Virus record (IMG/VR): IMGVR_UViG_3300010399_000032
DNA from: a virus
DNA: 64,000 bases
Reading direction: 5' to 3' (one strand)
Made by a program: the position numbers and the translations under genes. The stretch's first letter is position 1. The number at the start of each line of letters is the position of its first letter. Positions 1 to 10,010 of this stretch are shown in pieces. The notes beneath the pieces were generated by a model. It made no database searches. It was not told the DNA's origin and saw nothing but the letters and a program-made list of their open reading frames with translations.

Positions 1-423
1 GGGCAGTTTAGCGATATGGTGCTTTTGGACCGAGAATCCTGCTCCGGCACCACATAGAAGTATATAAAAAACTTCCCCAAAGAAAGCCGGTCTATCGGCA
101 TAAGAGGAGGTACAATTGTAAAGTTTCATATGGTGTTTAAGAAGTTGGTGACCACCAAATTGTAGGGCTCTCTGGGCCCCTAGGACCAATTTATTATCAT
201 AGGCCTGTTCGGCTTCATCAATAAGTTTTTCCAATTCTGGAGATAGTTTATCCTTGTAATATCCTCGGTGCATATCCATAACGCGCCCAACGGCTTCTTC
301 CCATGTCTCATATCGACCTAAGGTTTCATCAAATCGTGAATATCCTTCATAGAACTTGGTATCGGATAGAAATTGCTTGGTGTCACGATATTCATTACTT
401 CCTGTATAGTCTTCTAAAAACAT
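1..423 (-). CDS. nrdJ: Ribonucleotide reductase, class II (B12-dependent), N-terminal part; runs off the window edge
   Basis: Manual translation from ATG at 423: MFLEDYTG...YSRFDETLGRYETWEEAVGRVM...RALQFGG...LYNCTS...LLCGAGAGFSVQ, typical RTPR/NrdJ motifs. Confidence 0.8.
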   Translation of the reverse strand, partial: MFLEDYTGSNEYRDTKQFLSDTKFYEGYSRFDETLGRYETWEEAVGRVMDMHRGYYKDKLSPELEKLIDEAEQAYDNKLVLGAQRALQFGGHQLLKHHMKLYNCTSSYADRPAFFGEVFYILLCGAGAGFSVQKHHIAKLP

Positions 424-428
424 GGGAT

Positions 429-1094
429 TTAATCCTCTTTCTTTTCATCTAATTCTTCTAAAAATTTAAATTCGGACATCAATTCTTTTTTACAAGCTTT
501 GGCTATTTCTTGATGTTCTTGTTGGGTGCCATTTTTTTCGCGAAGCTCTATATAATGGATCCATGACCGGAGTGTACCATTCATCATCAATCTAGAATTG
601 GTCATTCCTTCAGGTAACACCGACCTGGCAACTTCCTTAGCAACTCCTCGTTGAATTGCCCAATTATATGCTTGATCCGATAAATTGTAAACTTGTGTTT
701 GAAATTCCGACCAATCTTGTTGCAATTTAGCATCATCGGTATGGATGGAATTCTGCCTATTCTTTTCATCCTGGAGTCTGGCTTCCCGGATGGTATATCC
801 TAGAGTAGAAGGATCAGCATATCTCTGACTAAATTCCTGAAAACTGAATGACCGATGCCTGAGTATTTGTCGGGCAATGTCGCGAGTGGTGTTGATTTCC
901 ATAACCACATTAACCATTTCAAAAGGTGAAAAATGCTTATGGTTGATCAGGTATTTTAGTAGTTTTGGTGCTGTTTTAAAATTTAGTGCATTGGCGGGAT
1001 TAGAAACCCTGGCACAATAGGAAATAAGTTCCTCCGCAGTAATAAATTCAAAATATTCTTTAGGTTTGGTCACTCCAATAATCTGTACATGCAT
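429..1094 (-). CDS. thyX: FAD-dependent thymidylate synthase
   Basis: RHRSFSFQEFSQRY ThyX signature; HFSPFE; EVARSVLP. Confidence 0.97.
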   Translation of the reverse strand: MHVQIIGVTKPKEYFEFITAEELISYCARVSNPANALNFKTAPKLLKYLINHKHFSPFEMVNVVMEINTTRDIARQILRHRSFSFQEFSQRYADPSTLGYTIREARLQDEKNRQNSIHTDDAKLQQDWSEFQTQVYNLSDQAYNWAIQRGVAKEVARSVLPEGMTNSRLMMNGTLRSWIHYIELREKNGTQQEHQEIAKACKKELMSEFKFLEELDEKKED

Positions 1095-1288
1095 TAATCA
1101 TCTCCAAAATTATAATCTGCAAAGGGGTCTTCGGGGGTAGGTTGTTTGTTAGTCCGGCCCTTAGGTGCGGCTGGATTATTCACGATTTGCCATAATAGGC
1201 TATTTTTATCTGATTCCTTGAGGTCTTCAATTTGACCCAATTTCGATGGAACCTCAGGTTCAATTTCTTCATCTAAACTTTTCGCCAT
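1094..1288 (-). CDS. Hypothetical protein
   Basis: Short ORF abutting primase and thyX. Confidence 0.5.
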   Translation of the reverse strand: MAKSLDEEIEPEVPSKLGQIEDLKESDKNSLLWQIVNNPAAPKGRTNKQPTPEDPFADYNFGDD

Positions 1289-2271
1289 ACATTTAACTCC
1301 AAGGTTGCTCGTAGACCATCAAAGGTCCTAGTTTTAATAATTTCTTCGGGGGCTAATCCCCCAATCACCATATCATTTATATCTTTCTGTTCGATGTTAT
1401 TCGGCCAGATAACAATAGGTTGACCCATAGAAATCGTTCTTTCCATCGACCGGATGACATTGATGTTATGGGGTTCATTATCATATATAAAAAGGAATTT
1501 ACATTCGGAACCAACCATAGGAATAACCGAATAAAGTGCTGAATCCATTGAAGCGACACAATTATGGAGGAACATACTGTCAAATGGTCCTTCAACCACT
1601 CGAATAAGTTCCTTTCGGTTAATACGATTGAGCCCGAATATTTTCCTATTCGACTCTTTTAGCTTAACGGATATATAGCGAACCTCGGCTTTACCAATTG
1701 CACGCCCCTGAAACCCTAATAGTTTTTTATTCTCATCCCACCAAGGAATAACGATTCTTTTTTCAGATGGTGCCAGGGCATTGAATTTCTCAGGAACTAT
1801 TTCCTTAATAAAATCTTTAAAATCAATGGCATAATAAAGGTCTTCAAATTCGGTCTTGTCGATCTTTCTCTGTAAAAGAAATTGTTTTGCTATATGTTTC
1901 TGGGGAAGTGAGGCAATAGTTGGCAGATGAATGCTCGCAGCAAACCGCTCCTCTAACTGAGGAGTAGTCATCAGGTCTTCATACTGCGGGGTGCTAGGTT
2001 TGATGAAGTCACCCAACATATATTCATCGAATAATGGTGGATCGACTGCTTTGAGGAAATTTTGGAGGGATAGTGATCGGTTACAATTATGACACGTAAA
2101 GAATAGCCCGTCTTTACGCCGGTAAATATACCCACGGGCTTTCAGTTTGTCCTTTTTGGAATCCCCACAAAGAGGGCAGCGGAAATTCCACAAGTATTCC
2201 GATTTTTGTTTGAATAATGGTAACCGGGGTGACAACCGATTTACAAATGCTTTATCAAGATATAATGCCAT
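1273..2271 (-). CDS. DNA primase (T4 gp61-like)
   Basis: CPLCGDS...CHNC zinc finger, FQGRA, TOPRIM VVEGPFDS, YDNEP, KDINDM. Confidence 0.95.
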   Translation of the reverse strand: MALYLDKAFVNRLSPRLPLFKQKSEYLWNFRCPLCGDSKKDKLKARGYIYRRKDGLFFTCHNCNRSLSLQNFLKAVDPPLFDEYMLGDFIKPSTPQYEDLMTTPQLEERFAASIHLPTIASLPQKHIAKQFLLQRKIDKTEFEDLYYAIDFKDFIKEIVPEKFNALAPSEKRIVIPWWDENKKLLGFQGRAIGKAEVRYISVKLKESNRKIFGLNRINRKELIRVVEGPFDSMFLHNCVASMDSALYSVIPMVGSECKFLFIYDNEPHNINVIRSMERTISMGQPIVIWPNNIEQKDINDMVIGGLAPEEIIKTRTFDGLRATLELNVWRKV

Positions 2272-2295
2272 AAGATCGAGGATATTACACTATAT

Positions 2296-2820
2296 TTACT
2301 TGCTTGTCAATGCCGGTTTGGTTCCTGTTGGATAAATGTTAAAGATATTTGAATCGACGGAAAAATACTTGTCTGGAAGACCTTCTCGGTGAATAGTCCA
2401 AGTGGTCTCCAGGAAATGTTGCCCGGTTGTAACATTTGGATTATGAGAACAATCAGAATTCATATACCAATCCAAAGTATCCAAGGTATCATTATTAACA
2501 ATAACTGGTGTGTTAGGATCATAATGAAAACCTCGACCCTCTCCATAACACTCTGATATACCCGTCTTAACATCCATAAGTTTAACGGTAAAATCACCCA
2601 CAAATTCCTGGTTGATTGTTCTATCATATTGTACTTGTGGATTATCTCCTAGATTATAATCAGGTACAACCACATGCGCGTTAAAAACATTGGATACCGG
2701 TGTCCATAGATATATCTGTGAACGTGCATCCAAGAAAATTGCATAACCTAAAAATGCCAATACTAATCCAAAAGTGATATAGCTTAACTTTTTTAACATT
2801 AGCTTTTGACCCCTAGCCAT
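2296..2820 (-). CDS. Membrane-anchored periplasmic protein in lysis cassette (likely start 2799)
   Basis: N-terminal TM helix, two Cys, adjacent to holins. Confidence 0.55.
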   Translation of the reverse strand: MARGQKLMLKKLSYITFGLVLAFLGYAIFLDARSQIYLWTPVSNVFNAHVVVPDYNLGDNPQVQYDRTINQEFVGDFTVKLMDVKTGISECYGEGRGFHYDPNTPVIVNNDTLDTLDWYMNSDCSHNPNVTTGQHFLETTWTIHREGLPDKYFSVDSNIFNIYPTGTKPALTSK

Positions 2821-3047
2821 AGTTCCAGCAAATGCTTTAATTGGTCCCCGAATGTGATCAGGGCTACTATTCCACTTGCTGCAACGAATAGGACACTACG
2901 TATGTATTTTCCTACCCAATTTAGGCTTTTTTGTTTTGTGATGATATCTCGTAAAATTTCGTAGTCCGCCTTGGATAAGGTGACATTGATAATTTCATCA
3001 TCTAATTGCTGCTTAGTTTTACGAGGAAAGTCCTTATATTCGACCAT
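2799..3047 (-). CDS. Small membrane protein (holin/antiholin-like)
   Basis: Single C-terminal TM segment; lysis context. Confidence 0.5.
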   Translation of the reverse strand: MVEYKDFPRKTKQQLDDEIINVTLSKADYEILRDIITKQKSLNWVGKYIRSVLFVAASGIVALITFGDQLKHLLELWLGVKS

Positions 3048-3542
3048 TTATTTGCTCTTGATGGGGGTTGGTGTTTGAGTTATTTGATACTTTTCAAACA
3101 TCCTAGAACCAAACCAAAAGGCAATAATAGTCGAGAATAATGACATGGTTTCAGGATCCCATATTGAAATTAACATAGCCGGCACGGACGACCCTGAAGC
3201 CAACATGGTAAATGCAGCGGCAGTCTTTACGGCAATGAAAAGAAAGAAAAATGCATATGTGATAATAGGTCGAACAGAAGCCCTAAGTGCGTTAATGAAT
3301 ATGCCCCCGTCCAAAGAACTATCATAAGAGTAAAGAGAATTTCTCTCAACTGCCAATGCTTTGACCTGTTCCACTTGTAAATCTGCATTAGCGCTTGCGA
3401 CAGCGGCGTCTTGTTGTAGCTTGGTAAGCTGTAGCTCATACTGTATCTCCTGTTTTCTATCGAAAATCTTCACAATTGAAGGTAAAAGGCTTCCTAGAAT
3501 ACCTAGGAAAGGTGACAAGGCACCGAGTAATATTGCTAACAT
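3048..3542 (-). CDS. Holin, GTA 3-TM family-like
   Basis: LRASVRPIITY...IIAFWFGSR motifs and hydrophobic helices. Confidence 0.75.
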   Translation of the reverse strand: MLAILLGALSPFLGILGSLLPSIVKIFDRKQEIQYELQLTKLQQDAAVASANADLQVEQVKALAVERNSLYSYDSSLDGGIFINALRASVRPIITYAFFFLFIAVKTAAAFTMLASGSSVPAMLISIWDPETMSLFSTIIAFWFGSRMFEKYQITQTPTPIKSK

Positions 3543-4336
3543 TAAGTATTCTCCTTCGATTCTCTAAGTGCCGCGGCTTTCATTTTCTTTAATGGATGAT
3601 ATGAGGCAACCAACTTTGTGTTTCTCTGATCCTCAAATTCTTTACCGGCTCGGATTTTAGCATTCATATATTTTATAAACCTTTGAACGAAAGTCGATTC
3701 AAGACCAGAATATGGATCACCATGTTTGGCTATATAATGTTTCCCGGCATCATCTTCATGTTTTCTTTGTTCATTCCAATCGGAATGGGTTTCATCCGGA
3801 TTGCGTGCATCCATAGGAACAGGTTTTCCATTAAGCCAACCATGGATAGACACCGTTTTTTTATTAGCTAATCGGTTCCAAACTTTTTGACCACCGATAG
3901 TATGGGATGATCCAACTAAAGCTTTAACATGGTTTTTAAGTAGATGGTGGTAAAAATCTTGGGCTTTTACGGGGCTTTGACCGGAACTGGCTAATGTATC
4001 TACCTGCAATACCTTATTATTATCCTTATGCCCCTTAACATGTATATGGATTATATTGGTTTTAGGATCATGTAAATAATAGTGATGAGAATCTGGTGCA
4101 TATACACCATATCTATTTGGTTTACCTTTCAGAACAGAATGATAAACATCTAATCCTTTTAAGGTACTAATTTTTCTGGTGGTCGGATCATGATAATCAT
4201 ATGAATTACGATCCTGATATTCTTGGGCCGATACATCCGGATGTTTTCTCATGCCGGCATCCAAACCAAGTTTATCCTCTTTCCCAATTTGATTCAATAA
4301 ATCTGCTTCGGTCAAAAATTCCTCGAAGGAAAGCAT
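3542..4336 (-). CDS. Putative internal head protein
   Basis: N-terminus MLSFEEFLTE/A resembles the T4 capsid-targeting sequence MKTYQEFIAE. Confidence 0.55.
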   Translation of the reverse strand: MLSFEEFLTEADLLNQIGKEDKLGLDAGMRKHPDVSAQEYQDRNSYDYHDPTTRKISTLKGLDVYHSVLKGKPNRYGVYAPDSHHYYLHDPKTNIIHIHVKGHKDNNKVLQVDTLASSGQSPVKAQDFYHHLLKNHVKALVGSSHTIGGQKVWNRLANKKTVSIHGWLNGKPVPMDARNPDETHSDWNEQRKHEDDAGKHYIAKHGDPYSGLESTFVQRFIKYMNAKIRAGKEFEDQRNTKLVASYHPLKKMKAAALRESKENT

Positions 4337-4339
4337 TTA

Positions 4340-4645
4340 TTACCCCTGTGATGGAGGATCAGATTGTGGTTGATCCTGGTCCATTTTTTTAAGTTTTTCT
4401 TGACCTCTCGTCCATGCTGTCACACCTGTAACTGATCCCATTGTAATATGGAAGAACCCACCTTCTTTAAGTGTCAATGGTTCCCATGGCACATAATTTC
4501 CTTTAGATATTACATAATAAACACCAGTTAGAAGTGGTGCAATGATGAAATCAAAGGCGCAAATACAAAGGTAAACCCAGGCAAATGCAGGTCTCCAATA
4601 ATACTGTAGCCAGGTTTCATCATTCTTATTACGTGATAATTTCAT
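4340..4645 (-). CDS. Holin, GTA 3-TM family-like
   Basis: WRPAFAWVY...FDFIIAP...FHITMG...AWTRGQEK; directly downstream of the endolysin. Confidence 0.75.
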   Translation of the reverse strand: MKLSRNKNDETWLQYYWRPAFAWVYLCICAFDFIIAPLLTGVYYVISKGNYVPWEPLTLKEGGFFHITMGSVTGVTAWTRGQEKLKKMDQDQPQSDPPSQG

Positions 4646-5433
4646 GACGTAAGTTTATCTAATGTTGGAGTATCAATCACACCATTTACGGTGAGGTGAT
4701 TGACTGTCTGGAAGGCTTCAACGGCAGATTTTGTCTTTGGCCCGAAATTTCCATCGGTAACTAAATTACTGTTTGTTTTATTATTTAGACGGGCCTGTAT
4801 CTGTCGGACATACTCGGAAATATTCCCCTCAGATGCATAGATAATTTCTTGTGCTGTACCTTGAGGTGGTGTGGTGATTACCGGTGTATTCCATTGGACA
4901 GGATCATTAGGAACAAATCTTTTGGCCTTATTGGTATAATTAATACGATCTACCAAACCATTGGTACCACCATTAATTCTACGGGTAATGGTATTCACAT
5001 CATCATGATCGGCAAATACGGAGAGACCTTTGGTATTCCAATATTCAAGTGCAGTAAGGACAGAAATCTTAGGATCAGCCGCTAGGGTTGGATTGTTTTC
5101 TAGGTCAACACCTAATTTAGCTCCCATTTGTCGATAATTTGCTCGACCAGTTAGTTGGAAAATACCACGACCTTTATATCGCCTTCCATCACCTGGTTGA
5201 GTGTTTCCTAGATCGGCTCTACCTTCATAAGATGCACCTGAGGCATATTCTTCCAATGTTTTAAATCCGTCGGTTTCCTCCGCGGCCTGCCCAAGGAAAT
5301 GTGATACCCTGAGGTGGTTATTAACCTGGTATTTTACCAAATTTGGATCGAGATATATACTCAAATCTGTAATGATTAAGGAATTAGCCTGTGGGGCAAT
5401 ACCATGTAATATGTCTGTTGTTATAATAGTCAT
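4642..5433 (-). CDS. Endolysin, GH19 chitinase-like with C-terminal peptidoglycan-binding domain
   Basis: HFLGQAAEET, YKGRGIFQLTGRANY, ITRRINGG; C-terminal DGNFGPKT...FQ...GVID. Confidence 0.93.
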   Translation of the reverse strand: MTIITTDILHGIAPQANSLIITDLSIYLDPNLVKYQVNNHLRVSHFLGQAAEETDGFKTLEEYASGASYEGRADLGNTQPGDGRRYKGRGIFQLTGRANYRQMGAKLGVDLENNPTLAADPKISVLTALEYWNTKGLSVFADHDDVNTITRRINGGTNGLVDRINYTNKAKRFVPNDPVQWNTPVITTPPQGTAQEIIYASEGNISEYVRQIQARLNNKTNSNLVTDGNFGPKTKSAVEAFQTVNHLTVNGVIDTPTLDKLTS

Positions 5434-6437
5434 TCTTTATCTCCTTCACTCTCTCCTACTAATTCCGGTAGTTTCCTGCGGAAAATGAGAGGTTTTTTAT
5501 ATACTGGTGGATTTCCATCAATGGCTCCGGCAATATGACCGGAACCTACATTATTTGTCGGCGCAACGGCCCCTGGGACCCCATCTTCCTTCAGAGTAGG
5601 TGGATGAGTCAATTCCGTTGAATTTGGCTTTTTTGGTCGAAGGGCCCAATGTGAACCTTTACGGGTAAAAGTTAACTGATCTTTCATCAAGTCAGAAAGA
5701 TTGGTTGTAATATGCGGGTGTCTTGGTTCCCATGCTTTAATAGGAATATCTGATGCAAAGGTCTTGGTGTGATGTTCACTTGGAGGAGTTTTCTTGGTAC
5801 CACGATCAAACCCGCTTGATGATCCTTGAATAATAGGATCTGTTATAACAGGTGTTGCGTCTCGCCCATGACCTCTTTGCATGACATTTCCACCATGCAA
5901 ATCGAAACGAGTATTTGGATGCGCTTCGGCAATTTCCGAAAGAGCTTTATGGAAATCAGGAAAATGCTTCTTTATTTGATCACCGGCAAATGTGTGGTGT
6001 AATGTATGCAATACATCGGACCCCGTCTTCCGCCTTTGCTTGAATTCAACATCGTGTAATGGATGTGAATCATGAAGAGGTTCCAATCTTTCCATCCTTA
6101 CCACACCAATTCCGGTACCTTTTACTTTACCAATGGCATGAATTTTAGGATAGGTTGGATTTTCTGCTCCCTTGGCTTTGGCCAATTGAGCAAACGAATG
6201 ATATGCAGGATCTTTATAAACCTTATAGACCTGGTCCTTTTGTGGATGATGGATAGCAGACCCCATAACACCGGAACCTAAAACATGAAGGTGATATCCG
6301 CGCTTTTCAGCCTCGGTATCCAATTCAAATCTGGAATCCGCACCACCATAGCGGTGCCCCTCACGCCCAAGGGAAGCCTTGAGGGCATGGATCATAGGAT
6401 GGTTTTGTGATGAATAGATTTCATTAAGTGTTTTCAT
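5430..6437 (-). CDS. Protein kinase-like (T7 gp0.7-like), paralog 3, with C-terminal extension
   Basis: LGSGVMG Gly loop, VYK, MERL, DLHGGNVM catalytic loop, PVITDP. Confidence 0.8.
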   Translation of the reverse strand: MKTLNEIYSSQNHPMIHALKASLGREGHRYGGADSRFELDTEAEKRGYHLHVLGSGVMGSAIHHPQKDQVYKVYKDPAYHSFAQLAKAKGAENPTYPKIHAIGKVKGTGIGVVRMERLEPLHDSHPLHDVEFKQRRKTGSDVLHTLHHTFAGDQIKKHFPDFHKALSEIAEAHPNTRFDLHGGNVMQRGHGRDATPVITDPIIQGSSSGFDRGTKKTPPSEHHTKTFASDIPIKAWEPRHPHITTNLSDLMKDQLTFTRKGSHWALRPKKPNSTELTHPPTLKEDGVPGAVAPTNNVGSGHIAGAIDGNPPVYKKPLIFRRKLPELVGESEGDKE

Positions 6438-7060
6438 GATGCCAATGGATCCGTTATAACTGGAGTTCCATGCCCGCCATGAGTTCCATCAGGCCTGACC
6501 ATAAAATTGCCCTTATGTAAATCGGCCCAACCTTTTGGAAATTTGTGAGCAATATCCGAAAGAGTTCGGTGGAAATTTGGATATGCTTCTTTTAGAGCCT
6601 TTCCGTGTGAGGTATTGTTCAATTCATGTTCTAGTTGTTTACCGTTTGATGCATTAAATTGTGGTGTATGCATTCCCCATTTACCTAAATCAAAGAGATA
6701 TTTATGGATTGGATGGTTTTCTTCTAGAGGCTTCAATCTTTCCATTTTTACCGCTTTGATCTGAGTGCCTTTGATTTTACCGGCCGCATGGATTACTGGA
6801 AGATTAGGATTACCTTTATTTTTCTGTACATGTTTAACAAATCCATGGTACGCTCTATCCTTATAAAGTTTATATACATGATCTTTGTGAGCTATTACTG
6901 CACCAAACACACCGCTTCCAAGAACATGGTCACTAGCATCTTTATCATATAGATGATTAACTATTTCATCACCAGGATCGCGGAATGAATGAATCCTCTT
7001 AGGGAAACTACTAATGACCGGATGAGTACCCTGGCTATAAATTTCTTTGAGGTGTTTCAT
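6434..7060 (-). CDS. Protein kinase-like (T7 gp0.7-like), paralog 2
   Basis: LGSGVFG, VYK, DLHKGNFM, PVITDP. Confidence 0.8.
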   Translation of the reverse strand: MKHLKEIYSQGTHPVISSFPKRIHSFRDPGDEIVNHLYDKDASDHVLGSGVFGAVIAHKDHVYKLYKDRAYHGFVKHVQKNKGNPNLPVIHAAGKIKGTQIKAVKMERLKPLEENHPIHKYLFDLGKWGMHTPQFNASNGKQLEHELNNTSHGKALKEAYPNFHRTLSDIAHKFPKGWADLHKGNFMVRPDGTHGGHGTPVITDPLAS

Positions 7061-7719
7061 CGATTTAATATTCCTACGCTCGGATCCGTTATAACTGGAG
7101 TTCCATGCCCACCATTGCTACCATCCCTTCTGACCATAAAATTGCCATCATGTAGGTCCATCTGATGATCGGATAGATGCCTAGCCATATTTGACATAGA
7201 TTCATGTAAAGATGGAAACTGACTCCTCAATCTCTGCCCGTGTTCCGTTTCATGTAGGTCTCTATAAACATCTGAACCTTTGCCGTGAAATTTAGGAATT
7301 CCATAACTCGTTCTTCCATAATCACTTCCATAATCAAATAATAGGTGTGTCGCAGGATGACTATGATGTAATTCGTGAAGATGTTCCATTTTTACCGCAT
7401 GGAAAACGGTACCTTTAACCTTACCCATGGCATGAATTTTGGGAACGTGTGGATCATCTTGGTGTTGTTTCGCATAGTGAGCATATGCGTGATATCCACC
7501 ATTATCATTTGATTCATGATATATTTTAAAAACATGATTCTTATGACTAAATGCGGCTCCTCCAATACCGGCACCTAGAACATTTAATGCACCGGCTTGA
7601 TTTAACCGATTGGCAATATTATGCCCATGTAACCTAGGTCTTTCCGGATCAATAGGTTCAGCAAATGGTTTGATACCAGGATGTGTACCTGCACTGTATA
7701 TTTCCTTGAGGTGTTTCAT
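7057..7719 (-). CDS. Protein kinase-like (T7 gp0.7-like), paralog 1
   Basis: LGAGIGG, VFK, DLHDGNFM, PVITDP. Confidence 0.8.
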   Translation of the reverse strand: MKHLKEIYSAGTHPGIKPFAEPIDPERPRLHGHNIANRLNQAGALNVLGAGIGGAAFSHKNHVFKIYHESNDNGGYHAYAHYAKQHQDDPHVPKIHAMGKVKGTVFHAVKMEHLHELHHSHPATHLLFDYGSDYGRTSYGIPKFHGKGSDVYRDLHETEHGQRLRSQFPSLHESMSNMARHLSDHQMDLHDGNFMVRRDGSNGGHGTPVITDPSVGILNR

Positions 7720-8105
7720 TACACATCCCTTAATTTTTTACCTACTATTAGATCGACTGTAATATCAGCCGAAAAAATGTCGCGCCCTTTAATCCCTCGC
7801 ACGACCTGAGGCATATATCCCAAAAAAAGGAGAAACGTCTTTAGTATTGGATAGTCTGTTTCATGCAACTTATAAAAAAGCAGCCGGACAGATTGTTCCA
7901 CACCAAAGACGTTTCCCAGTATCACCAAGTGGTTGAGTATCAGGCGTTCTTTTAATTCATTATTAATCTGATACTTTTTGATCAACCTCTTGATATATTT
8001 GATTCGTTTAAGGTCTTCCTCAAACTCAGAGAGAATACAATTTGGCTTATCATATGCTTTCATTGCAGTTAGGAGGAAAGTTTCCTCATTCAAATCAAGT
8101 AACAT
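7719..8105 (-). CDS. Conserved T4-like phage protein of unknown function
   Basis: EFEEDLKRIKYIKRL...LKERLILNH motif, recognised from T4-like myoviruses. Confidence 0.7.
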   Translation of the reverse strand: MLLDLNEETFLLTAMKAYDKPNCILSEFEEDLKRIKYIKRLIKKYQINNELKERLILNHLVILGNVFGVEQSVRLLFYKLHETDYPILKTFLLFLGYMPQVVRGIKGRDIFSADITVDLIVGKKLRDV

Positions 8106-8107
8106 TG

Positions 8108-9385
8108 TTATTTCTGATTGTCTTCTTTCGGCTTACCCTTAAATGGATCCAATGGATTACCAGTTTTGGCCTGGCGTTCTACGGCACGGGTATATCGGGC
8201 ATTCTTGACCTTATTCATAATTGAGGTTCGGGATGGTTTACGGGCTTCTTCGAGAGGGTTTTTAAGGTCTATTCCCTCTTTCTTAGCAGATTTTTCTCGA
8301 TAAGTTAGATATTTGTCGCCTTTTCGAGTTTCACCCTTAGCATATGCATCGGCGGCTTTACTATGAGCCACATCGCGTCGGTTTTGAAAAATAGATACCT
8401 TATTAGGATCCTTTGAACGTCGGATAGCACCTTTCACGTATTCCTTAATACCTTCACTTAATGGCCTACCTGAAGCCATTTCATTTTCACGGTCTTTCTC
8501 GGCCGGATCATCCTTGCCATCACCTACACGATCCATTTTTGTTGGAGGTGTAACTGACTTGAAAGGTGAGGTTTTATTCATAATATAGCGAGCAACTGAA
8601 ACGGGTAAACCATGGTTGAGGAGATTGTTCTCCCGGTCAGTTTCATCATCCTCTTTGATCATTTCCTTTTTCTTCAATGGTTTGGTTCCCATCTTGAGTG
8701 CATCAGCCGCACAGAGTTCGGTGTTTTCGCGGACCAATTCTTTCATGACTTCTTTAGCACGCCTCACCGGATCTGTTCCATATTTTTTAGCCGCGGCCGC
8801 TTCGCCGTGAAGTTTAATATGTGCAATGATACCTTTAAACTTATCATGATAAGCTTTTGTATCATTTTTATGCATATTATCTAATGCGTCTTCATAGTCA
8901 GCACGGCCATATGATTCTGATAGATCGGTTTGATACCTTTGATCATCCTTATCAGACTGTGAGTTGAATACCAAATCTGGTTCTTCATCCTCATCATCCG
9001 GTTCAAATAGATCATCATCCATTAAATCCTCAAGTTCTGAGGTAGTTACGATTGATGCAAAAACCCGGTATAGACCATCCTGACCTTGAGCATATTCGAA
9101 ATAGACGAAAAGCCCAGAATCTGGTGTTTCCACCTTCTGGGCCTCCGTATCTATGCCTGCTTGCTCACCGAATTGCTTTACTTCAAAAACAAATCTTCCG
9201 GCTGGATCACCCATAAATTTTACATTAGGAATGTTGATATGAACATATCCTAAGGCTTTCCTCACCCTCTCCAATCCATTATATGGAGTAGCAAAGACCG
9301 CAGAGGTTACATTATTTAATTCGGCATTGACCGCAGCCTGCGTACCAATGTCCTGAATATCATAGGTTGAGAGTGAATTGGCCAT
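8108..9385 (-). CDS. Putative virion/head-associated protein
   Basis: Acidic linker; multiple L/I-x-E prohead-protease-like sites (LSE, IKE, LEE). Confidence 0.55.
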   Translation of the reverse strand: MANSLSTYDIQDIGTQAAVNAELNNVTSAVFATPYNGLERVRKALGYVHINIPNVKFMGDPAGRFVFEVKQFGEQAGIDTEAQKVETPDSGLFVYFEYAQGQDGLYRVFASIVTTSELEDLMDDDLFEPDDEDEEPDLVFNSQSDKDDQRYQTDLSESYGRADYEDALDNMHKNDTKAYHDKFKGIIAHIKLHGEAAAAKKYGTDPVRRAKEVMKELVRENTELCAADALKMGTKPLKKKEMIKEDDETDRENNLLNHGLPVSVARYIMNKTSPFKSVTPPTKMDRVGDGKDDPAEKDRENEMASGRPLSEGIKEYVKGAIRRSKDPNKVSIFQNRRDVAHSKAADAYAKGETRKGDKYLTYREKSAKKEGIDLKNPLEEARKPSRTSIMNKVKNARYTRAVERQAKTGNPLDPFKGKPKEDNQK

Positions 9386-9388
9386 TTA

Positions 9389-9979
9389 TTATGTTCCTGG
9401 GAAGAATGCGTTATCTCGTGAATCGTCACCAACAATGGTACCCGTAGCTACCAAAGTCTCATATGTGCGGCGACCTGCTCGACCACCTAAAGTTACCGTA
9501 AAGGTAGCGGGGGTGATATTTGAACCATTAGCCGTAACCGTTGGTGGGAATGCAAAGCCATCACCACCAGAAACAATAGTTGCTGATGTAATTACATTTA
9601 GTTGGGCATTGGCATTTGATGATACGGTAAATGAAATGTTAGCATTTGCACCACCTGAACCACTTGGGTTAGCACTGTTTGCAGTAATAATCATAAATCC
9701 ATTAGCATTGTAACCTGCTCCTGGATTTGAAATTGTAATGGATACGATAGGTCCGGTACCAATCTTCTGGCTAACCCAACCCGCATGTGCTGGAATATCC
9801 GGTCCATGTGAACTGGTATTTCCCTGTTCGGTAGCCGAAACACCATAGACGTTACCGTAATATTTTGCAGTATTGGCTTTGGCGCCGGTTCCAGCGCTGG
9901 TTGTGCTTGAGTTTGAAGTATTGGCGAAGGCGGGCTTGGCGTTTCCTGATGGATTGTCGTTATTTCCCCATAGCGTCAT
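9389..9979 (-). CDS. Virion structural protein
   Basis: MTLWG...HAGWV...GRAGR..YETLVA pattern of T4-like structural proteins; TAAATA late-promoter core upstream. Confidence 0.65.
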   Translation of the reverse strand: MTLWGNNDNPSGNAKPAFANTSNSSTTSAGTGAKANTAKYYGNVYGVSATEQGNTSSHGPDIPAHAGWVSQKIGTGPIVSITISNPGAGYNANGFMIITANSANPSGSGGANANISFTVSSNANAQLNVITSATIVSGGDGFAFPPTVTANGSNITPATFTVTLGGRAGRRTYETLVATGTIVGDDSRDNAFFPGT

Positions 9980-10010
9980 ATTTAAGCTCCTGTTTTTCCT
10001 TATTTAGTTG

